A DNA stretch of 64,000 nt from Mytilus trossulus (Eukaryota): NCBI RefSeq assembly GCF_036588685.1, contig NC_086380.1, forward strand, positions 58,528,001 to 58,592,000, given 5' to 3'. Both the position numbers and the translations under genes were made by a program. The notes beneath the pieces were generated by a model. The model ran no database searches. It was not told the origin of the DNA and saw only the letters and a program-made list of their open reading frames with translations. Shown here in pieces: positions 53,570 to 64,000 of the stretch; position 1 is the first letter of the stretch, and each line of letters starts with the position of its first letter.

Positions 53570-56500
53570 GGTTCATGGTATACAACACATACATTCCAGA
53601 GTTACTGGAACACATATTGTAATGTCCTATGGACATATATGTTTTTATATTTATGATATTGATTTGTTAAATATTGACATAACGATAAGACTAGTGAAAT
53701 TTCCGTCCCGAAAAAACATTTCTTTCCGTAGACTTGTCCTTACATTTGCATGTTTAAAAATGATATATGTTAGTATGTTATTTCTTTCCGGTACAACTTT
53801 ACTTTTAGTGTTAAAGTATGTATCTTTTGTTTTAAATATAAGCGAGTGCGAGAGTGTAAATCTGTACCTTTTTTTAGATATGTATTTTATGAAAACAATA
53901 CTTGATTAATTTCCTATGTCCAAAGCACTTTTCTATATTCCTTTCATAAGTTACACTCAAACCCGAATATTCAAAATTAAAAGATGCATAAGAACCAGTT
54001 AAAGAGCTATATGACAAAACGGGCATAGAAATAAAAATTGTCAATGTGAAAACTCTCCACAAGAGACCAAAATAACACAGAAATTAACAACTATAGATCA
54101 TCGTACGACCTTCAGCAATGAGCAAATTCCATACAACATAGTCAGCTTTAAGAGGACCCGAAATGACAATATAATTTGTTTTTTTTTAAATTAACAAGCT
54201 TATTTATATCAGGGTTGTATTTGTTTATTATAAAAAGATTGTTCAAATGTAATTTTTAAGAACATTATATAAAGTTGTTTATGATCTGTCATAACAGTGT
54301 CAAAAAAGTATCTTATTATAAATCTATATTGTTTTTGATTTATTTTTATTTTGGAGCCTTTCATGTTTTTAATGCTGCATTTATTTGTTTGTTACTTTTT
54401 GTAATAAAATTTTACTTTTTATAATTTCTGTCTTATTCATGTTATAAACGTCTACATATTGGTATTTAAAAACACAACAATTTAAAAACAGATAAAGAAA
54501 TATGTTCAAGTGATTATTTTTGATGTATGAACCTTTTTCATATGTTAAAATGTGGAGACTTTACTTTTATCCTAAAGTCTTCTAGTGGATTCAATATATA
54601 AAGTGCGATTTGGCAAAGAACATATAATCGAACACTGAACCGGTCTAACAAATTGTCAAAAGCTGCAAAATTCAGTTGATATTTCAGTTTTACATTGTGT
54701 TATATAAAATGTTAAATTGTATGATATGACAAATATGATTGATGACATTGTCTGTTGATTCCAATATACATTTTCTTTTATAAAAAGGTTAAATTTCCAG
54801 CATATCATTGATTAACATTGTTTTCAAGCATTTTTGTCAGTCTGATCATTCAATCCTTTTCATGAGAATTTGTATCATCGGAAAAGTATTCACCAGGACT
54901 AACATTTTTTGCAATTTATGAGTAAAATCGTTTTTTCATATAAAAAAATTAATTATGATTTTTTTATCAACATAAACTTATATAATTGGGCTCAAATTGA
55001 AGCTAAATAATTTAAGATGGTAAGAAAAATCTTACTTTACCATTTAAAGCATTAATTCTTACTCAAATACAGCCAAAACCGTCATGCTGAACCCAAACAA
55101 CGGCAAGAAATGAACATTTGAAATGCATAGTTTTGATTTTTTTAAATATTTCTAACGATGTCGATTTGGCCAACGTAAGATATGTTATTTTTTGAAAAAA
55201 AAATGGAACGTCATAACGTTTTGAAAAATATTTGCCACCATACTCGTTTTTGAGGAAAATTGAGAAATATAATATTGTTTACTCAACCCCTCCCGTAAGC
55301 CTCACAAATTGCGCCAAAAGTTAAGACGTTTTCCGAAAATGACGTTATATTTCCCCGTTATTTTTTCAAAGGCAGTGCGACGATGTTGCAGACAAATGTA
55401 TTTACACTGTGACTTTGTTGGGTAGTTGTCTCAATATCACTCATATCGCATCTTCTTATTTATAATGAACCAGTATCTGAACGAGATAACAATTCAGTTA
55501 GTTTTACTATTGTGTTCGTCAAAATTGTGAAACCCGGGTGCTAAACATACAAACCGTGGAATTACAGACTAAAATAGTCCCTCTGGTATCTTTCATCCCT
55601 CTTTTAAAAACAAAAGTATTACCCGTTAGAAATCCGTTTCTGCGTCTCGGTCTATAGTACCAAAGCAGGGTTAATTTTCATATTATACTTCAATTTGATT
55701 TTTTTCTTCTGAATACTCATTTAGTTTATGCCACTTCATTGTAGATGACAGACATCAAGTCACCTGACGTCCGTCATCCACATTCATTATTTATTTTATC
55801 GTTACTTTTCAATGAAGCGTTTGGCTTATATCGAAATTAACAAAGAGCTCGTGAAATTTTGTGCACACAAACACTTGTCTAAAAACTCACTAACTCCGTA
55901 TTATTCATTCGTTTTGCAGTTTCGTGCTTTTTACTCTTTATTGGCTTCTAGCTATAACAAAAATCTGTATGTTGACTCTGAGTGTTTTTAATTATACGGG
56001 TCTTTGGGTTGCTGTCGTATTAATTTATACCTTTAAATCTTTTTCAAAACAAAAGGATTGATTTGGGTATGGAAATATTCACATCTCTTAACCTCTCCCG
56101 TCCGACAGTATATCTTTGCTAAAATTGGGTGCGGCCGTTTAGCTGCTAGGATGTATTAATTTGCAGCCTCGTTTAGTCGAAATAAGAATGTCGTTTATCC
56201 GATGCATAGTGCAGTGAGAGTCTCGCGCTATATAACGTTAAACGCAAACTTTATTTAACAAAAGAAATCAGAAATAAAATTGAGAATAAACGAACGGGCC
56301 GAAAAGCGAGCATGACTGTCGTTGTTTTACGCTTCAATATATGAGTTATTGCATATACACAATGGAGATTGTTTTCTGTTCTACTACCTTCCACCTAGTT
56401 TGGCTGCATACAATGTAACTACTGATGTTGACTTCTATTTTATCATTGATTGTTCAAACAAATGAATTGAAAGAAAAAAAATGCGGAAAGAAAGTCTAAA

Positions 56501-59500
56501 ATTTTCGTTTAAAAATAAAATATAAATTAAAACAAAATGCCAAAAATGAAAATCTGTTTGAGACAATTATCAGATGAGAACAAATGATTATGCATCACTA
56601 TATGAAACTGATAAATTGATTTGTGCCGTGCTCCAGAGGCAAATATATCACGCATATTTACGACGAGGCGGAAGTGGATCTGAAATAAATCATTGATACA
56701 TAATTATGATAACAATCTTGAGTTAAGCTATTAGCCCCCCTTCCCAATTTTGAATTATGGTATTTCGATGGCTCTTTTTTCCCTATCCTATTATGGATAC
56801 GCTGATTAGTGAGGACGTGTCTAATTAGTCAAGACCTAAATGAAGACCTACACCGCTTTTTTGGGGTAAATTATATTTGTTTCCTCATACACTTTAAACA
56901 CCAAAATCGTCAGATATTTTCTACTTGTATTTCAGTGTATATATTACAATGTTTTCCTATTTCATTTTTGTTTTTAAAATTATTACAGTGTCATCTTTTG
57001 TTTTACGTTGTTTACGAGTTAAAGGTTTCATTCAAAAAGCTACTATTCATTGATAGCACTTCAGCGCAAAGCTTGATGAATGTAAGTTTACGCCGTATTT
57101 TATTTTTCTCAAGAAACCTTTTTTTCATCTTTCTCAAGTAAAACCAGACTTTGAGTTTTCTATTCTGAATGACAAAATCTCGGAAAAGTTTGGTAAAGAA
57201 TTAATTCCAATTTGCATTCAAATGCAATAAAAAAAATCATTACGCATTTGTTCTCGTTGTTCCTTACTGCATGTATTAACGATACTTTCATAAAACGGAA
57301 ACTTAAGTGAGTATGGTCTATAATGATCAAGATAATTGCATTTCTTTTATGATAGACCAAGAGGACAAAAATGTCTTTAAAGATTTGAGTTTAAATTTCT
57401 GTAAACATTTTTTGCCGATTCCCGCCGTGCTCTTTCCTTTGATGAAAGAACCCTCCCTTTCCAGACGGCCATAGCAATTCCAATGGTGACTCCGTTATGA
57501 CGTCGATGTATGAGTATAGTTATAAAGGATGAAACTTGAACTCATTATTAATTGATAACCTCAGATGTCAAGCCGGCTAGCTTTCAAATACGAAGATGCA
57601 AACAAATAATAAAGCTGTTTTGTTTGTATAAGGCTACTCTACGAACAAGTGTTTCATCATTGTAATGAAATTGAAAATGGAAATTGGGAATCTGTCAAAA
57701 GACAACAACCTGACACTTAATGTTATGTTTATAATATGTTTTATTAACTAGCAGGAATATACTGTATACTTAATATGAGGATTACCTACATGTATCACTT
57801 TCTCTTTCCATGCTTTAAACGATATTCAAAGTAAAGAAATCCTTGAAACCTGAAATGTATCCCATTTAATGGATAAGTATACTCATTATCACAATATCAG
57901 TGCACCCAGAAAATGAACAATATATTCAGGTTGATATGATTTAACTAACAGTGGAATGAATACTCCCGATTTCCAAGTTTTAATAAAATCAAATTGAAGT
58001 CGTTGAACTTATATATTAATTAATTGCTATAACTAATCTTGCTTATTGTTGCAGGACATAATGTGATCTAGAGATGTTAATTTCTGTGTCATTTGGTCTC
58101 TTGTGAAGAGTTTTCTTTTGTATGTTTTTTTCAATGGCAATCATACAATATCCTTTCTTTTTATGTATAGATTATAACATGCCCTTTTCCATATTGGCCC
58201 TGGTATCATCCCGAGACTCCCATATCGACCTCGAGGCTTTAACCGGGCCAATATGGAAAAGACATGTTATAATCTTTTTATCACATATTTAAGTTCTGCA
58301 GAAAAGTAAAAACAAGTTAATTATAACAATTTAATAAAACATGAAAGGTAAAATCTTTAACAATTTATCACAAACGTGTCGTTAAGGATGCAATGACGTC
58401 ACGTCATTTGGAACAGGGCAAAATATCAATATCTCTTTTTTGCCCCGGGCAATTTTAAGGTTTTTGCATATGTAATATGCAATTCCTAAGGTATACATAA
58501 CAAATATGTGATAAAAATACTTTTGCTAATCACGCACCATGAGAAATATGTAACCTGTATGGTGTTGTAAATCGTTGTCGATGACTTACACCTAATGATA
58601 ATAACAATAAAAAAAATACTGACACTCTTTGATAAACTTGTTGGACACAAATGTATGCCTATCAAAAGTTATAAGACCGTCGTATAGTATGAAAAGACGG
58701 GCAAAATATACCAAAAGTGACATTCAAACTCCAAAGTAAAAAATGAACATACATGGTTTTGAAAAAAAGACGAACAGTCGAATAACAGCACACTTAATAC
58801 AACATAAAACATCAAAAGACTGATTAATACAAGCCCCAACAACAATTAAGGGTGATCTCAGGTGCTCAAGAAAAAATAACATTTATAATTCATCAATATT
58901 GGTCCTCAATCATCTTCAATTTCGTACTTTATTTGGCCTTTTTCACTTTTTTGGATTCGAGCGTCACTGGTGAGTCTTTTTTGGACTAAACGCACGTCTG
59001 GCGTATATACAAAATTTAGTCCTGGTGATGAGTTTATTTTCTAAAACTGAAAAAACCTTAGTTAACCAATGTTAAAAATACTTTAATTCTTTTTCAAACC
59101 TTTTAGGTGATATGCCAAGTTGGTTTGTTCCGTAAATTTAATGTTAATGAAAAACAAAGACTATCACAAAAAGGCCCTTACGATTTAAACAAAATTTTTA
59201 TTACAGTGCTATTTTACTCCCTCTTCTGTTAGCTACATGAGGAACAACACAAAACTAAAGTGATATGGAAGGTATATGACAAAAATACACTGTCACCATT
59301 ATATAATCTTTATTTGCAAGTAACGAAAACCAAATGACGATTACTCTTTCCCGGAAGACAATAATTTGTGATTGCGACAATAATAAGAATCCAGGAGACA
59401 AAACAGTGTTAATCTTCATCATAGACATACAGAAAAACTGAGTAAAAATTCAAACAAACATTGAAATAAATCTATCAATGCGGCCACTAAAACGCACTAT

Positions 59501-60584
59501 GACGTACTCGAATTCGTTATCCCGATAAGATAGAAATCAAGTTAAATATATATATATATATATACAAGTGAAAAAAAACAAAAAAACATCACAATGAAAA
59601 CCTCTTGATATTTAACTCGGTCGAAAAAAAATATAACATATGAATCTGTTAATTATTTAGATATTTTATAGATGCATAAATGCAAAGCAATAACTAATCG
59701 ATATAAACAAATTAAAATTGAATGAATAGTATATAAGTAATACCAAAAAAATGTCGTTGATTTAGTCAGATGTGCAAAACTGATGTATTAAATATGTTCT
59801 GATATTCCTCAAATGGATGCGTATTTCCAAATCATTAAAACAATATATACAACGATGGTAAAATGTTGTTATGCCCAACCTACGATCACCTACGATAGTA
59901 GAGGGGCATTATGTGTTCTGGTCTGTGCGTCCGTTTGTCCGTCCATTCGTTCGTCCGTCTATCCCGCTTCAGATTAAAGTTTTTGGTCAAGGTAGTGTTT
60001 GATGAAACTTGAAACTTTGTACACATGTTCCTTATTTTAATCTTTGTAATTTTAAAGCCAAATTAGACCTTCGTCCCAAATTTCACGGTCAACTGAACAT
60101 AGAAAATTAAAGAGCGAGTTTCAAGTTAAGGTTTTGGTTCAGGTAGTTTTTGATGAAATTGAAGTCCCTATGGTATGATCTTGTCAATTCTAATGCCAAA
60201 TTAGATTTTGTATCCAACTTTGGGGTCCATTGAAAATGAAAAATTATAATGCGATTAGGGCGTCCGTGTACTTTGGACACATTCTTGTATATTATCTTTT
60301 TGTCCTCAATCAAGTACTTCAAACACATTTCTAGAATACACAGATAATCTATTACAATAACTAGAACAAGTCACATATTTACTTATTTAATAAGATGTAC
60401 AGAAGGGACTTAAAATACTATTCACAAACCTTCAACCCGTAAGTAGCATTTTTGTTACAATGATCTATTCCATTATGATTATTTTGATAAAGTAAACAAT
60501 GATATCGATGAGTATACAATTTGGTTTGTTCCTTTGAAAATGTTTATGAAAAAACATTGTCTCTTCGATTTGTCACAAATAACT

Positions 60585-60810
60585 TTCTGGCGATCAGAAA
60601 TAGTCCTCAATTCAACAGAAAACCAAGATATTAAGAAGAGCTGGTTGAGACAAGGGATTTTACAAATATGATGTATCAGAGACCTATATTTCTATAGCCT
60701 TTGTATGTTTAAAGCCAAGAGCGGTCGAAAATGATGTACAAATAACCCTTGCGGACCACAAGCTGATGGGTCGAATATAATGTAATGTCCATGATATCCA
60801 CAACACCAAT
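60585..60810 (+). pseudogene. Decayed IL-17 fragment upstream of copy 6
   Basis: Translates SGDQK*SSIQQKTKILRRAG*DKGFYKYDVSETYISIAFVCLKPRAVENDVQITLA, versus functional SGDQKCSPIQQKIKILRRTGCDNGLYQYEVSETYIPIAYVCEKQREVENDVPITLA. Confidence 0.88.
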
Positions 60811-61271
60811 TATATGTTATTTCATTTATCAAAAATAAAAACCAAATACGAATCAATAAATCAAATTGGCCTTTGATACACGCCTCGTGCATAGTGCAGA
60901 ATAAGACGTAAGTGTCGTACTTGAGAAAACAATTATAAAACTACTTAATCTTAAGAGTGTTTCAAGACAAGTTTTTTACCGAAATGAAAATGTATGTGTG
61001 GGAGCAATGATAAGGGATATCTATGTATTCTTCTTAGCATACACTATTAAAATAAAGTTCCCAATTTGTAAGACAAAGGCTAGTTAATCTGCCGTATGAA
61101 TTATTTCAACACCCATGCAGTTATTAAATGATTCCCAATTTATAAAAATAGAACGCATCCGGAGAAATGCACGGTTTAAATATTGTTCACCACCAGCACT
61201 GTATGCATAACAGCAACAACTATAGACAAGAAGACACGCAGCATCAAGAAGTTCTCAAGAAAATATACAAG

Positions 61272-62119
61272 ATGAATTTAATCAATGTAAGCAACAATAG
61301 TTCAATGTATCGATTATTCAGTTAAAAAAAGGTGTCTTTATATTACGACCATAGATTATTTTCATTCACATCTAGTACCAATAGATAGAATTCCTAAACC
61401 AATCTATAAAACTATAAAAATAAAAGTTATTTAAACCATTTGTTTTAATAATGGACAAATTTTTGAATTGCCTCTGCAATTGTTAATATTGTTGCGAAAT
61501 CTAACAAGCTTGACCACTCAATTGAGTATTTTCTTCATTTTATTTTCAGATCCTTATAATTGCCAAAGTATACATTACATATTGTACCGTGTTCGTCAAA
61601 AGTGCACCAACATGTACAGACCCTAAAGACGTACAGGCAAAATTAAACAGTATAAACGGAGGAGTAGATTACAGGACATTATTTTTCACTGACGGCTGGA
61701 AACAAGACACAATGGTCAGTGATTTTGAGAAACTGGTATCTATAAGGGAAGATTTTACTAAAATTGGTTGTCCTTCAACATTTTTAGAAGGTTTTAATCT
61801 CCCATTAATGGCACGTACATCATGCCCTTGGTTTTTAGAGCAAACGCCTTACATTGCTGAAACATATCCCCATACACTATATAGAGCTGCTACCAAATGT
61901 ACTAAATGTATAGATGCTTCTGGCGATCAGAAATGTTCACCAATTCAACAGAAAATCAAGATATTACGAAGAACTGGTTGTGACAATGGGCTTTATCAAT
62001 ATGAAGTCTCAGAGACCTATATCCCAATAGCCTATGTATGTGAAAAGCAAAGAGAGGTCGAAAATGATGTTCCAATAACCCTTGCCCTACCACCAGCTGA
62101 TGGACCAGAAGGAATGTAA
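61272..62119 (+). CDS. IL17: IL-17-family cytokine, copy 6 (type B); exon 1 61272-61286, exon 2 61550-62119
   Basis: Intact ORF, 263-nt intron, type-B residues. Confidence 0.9.
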
Positions 62120-64000
62120 GGTTCATGATACACAAAAAATACATTCCAGAGTTACTGGAACACATATTGTAATGTCCTATGGACATATATGTTTTTATAT
62201 TTATGATATTGTTTTGTTAAATATTGACATAAACGATAAGACTAGTGAAATTTCCGTCCCCAAAAAACATTTCTTTCCGTAAACTAGTCCTTACGTTTGC
62301 ATGTTTAAAAAAGATATATGTTAGTATATTTTATTTATTTCCGGTACACTTTTACTTTACGTTTAGTGTTAAAGTAGGTATCTTTTGTTTCAAATATAAG
62401 CGTGTGCGAGAGTGTAAATCTGTACATTTTTTTGGATATGTATTTAATGAAAACATTTCTTGATTAATTTCCAATGTCCGAAGCACTTTTCTAGATTCCT
62501 TTCATAAGTTACACTCAAAGACGAATATTCAAAATTGAAAGATGTATAAGAACCAATTAAAGAGCTGTAAGACAAAACGGACATAGAAATCAAAATGATA
62601 AGATCCAATTGCCATATAATATATGTTTTCTGTGTTTTAAAAGATTAAAGAAAGTATCAAATGCTAATAAAGATGTAAAATATTTGTATCATACAAGTGT
62701 ATAAAATAATTAATTCATGTGAACTAATCGAATTTTATTCAACAAATATAAAAAAAAAAATAAGATGTGGTATGATTGCCAATGAGACAACGCTCCACAA
62801 GAGACCAAAATAACAAGGAAATTAACAACTATAGGTCACCGTACGGCCTTCAACAATAAGCAAAGCCAATACCACATAGTAAGCTATAAAAGGCTCCAAA
62901 ATGACAATGTAAAACAATTCAAAAGAGAAAATTAACGGTCCTTTTTATAGCAGGGTTTATATTTGTTTATTATAAAAATATTGTTCAAATGTGATTTTTC
63001 AGAACATTATATAAATTTTTTATTATCTGTCATAACAGTGTCAAAAAGTATCTTATTATAATTCTATATTGTATTTTATTTATTTTTATTTTGAAGCTTT
63101 GTATGTTTTTAATGTTGCATTTATTTGTTATTACTTTTTGTAATAAAATTTTACTTTTTATAATTTCTGTCTTATTCATGTTATAAACGTCTACATATTG
63201 GTATTTAAAAAACACAACAATTTAATAACAGATAAAGAAATATGATCAGGTGATTATTTATGATGTATAAACCTCTTTCATATGTTAAAGGATAGAAACT
63301 ATACTATAACCCTAAAGTCTTCCAGTGGGTTAAATATATCAATTGCGATTTGGCTCCCTCAAATACGACTATCAGGACCTGATCATATAACCCTGAACCG
63401 GTCTAACAAATTGTCAAAAGCTGCAAAATGCAATTTATATTACAGTTTAACATTGTGTTATATAAAATGTTGTATTGTACAATATAACAAATATGATTGA
63501 TAACACTGTCTGTTGATTCCGATATAAGTTTGTTTTTATCATGTTGAAAGAAATGTTGAATTTCCAGGATATCATTGATTAACATTGCTTTCAAGCATTT
63601 TAATTAGTCTGATCATTCAATCCTTTTCATGAGAGTTCGTATCATCGGAAAAGTATTCCCCAGGACTAACAATCCTCATCTGGCGACACATCTCTGTAGA
63701 CAAACGGTAGACTACTGGATTTAAAAATACGCACTGCGACATCATATGTTTGAAATTACACAATTGAGGGTATATGTAATTTATCTACGCCATCCAGTAG
63801 CTCGGAGAATATGATGAACATTTTCACGAATTCTTCGTAACGTAGATGAAGTCATGGCTATTATCTTTATACATAACTCTCCATGATGTTCATATAAATG
63901 AACTGCTGCCCCTTAAACAAAAGCCGTTGGGTATCCATCATATTTATACAAATTGTTATACCCTAGCACCTTAAAAACTCTATTCTGTGAATGTTTGGAA

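Overview
AT-rich eukaryotic genomic DNA, most likely a bivalve mollusc. A Mytilus-type mussel is inferred from the repeat families and is not proven. The core of the window is a tandem cluster of six intact, same-strand, two-exon interleukin-17 (IL-17)-family genes in ~8.5-kb units, arranged as two triplets of coding types A-A-B / A-A-B about 33.8-34.1 kb apart. The ORF track shows only exon 2. Each true CDS begins with a 15-nt exon (MNLIN or MSLIN), followed by a phase-0 GT-AG intron, and encodes a 194-aa protein with a signal peptide. By manual motif alignment these IL-17s have lost both partners of one canonical cystine-knot disulfide (C>T and C>Y) while keeping the invertebrate-type third pair. 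Five of the six genes have a decayed IL-17 pseudogene fragment just upstream of the promoter. One spacer holds an intact minimal type I hammerhead ribozyme, whose three paralogous copies have mutated catalytic cores. The rest consists of transposon relics (an Academ element, a Penelope-like RT, Harbinger- and TTAA-type MITEs, several Helentron/HINE-like elements, SINE-like repeats) and an old inverted duplication between the triplets. All alignments were done by eye; repeat boundaries are approximate.
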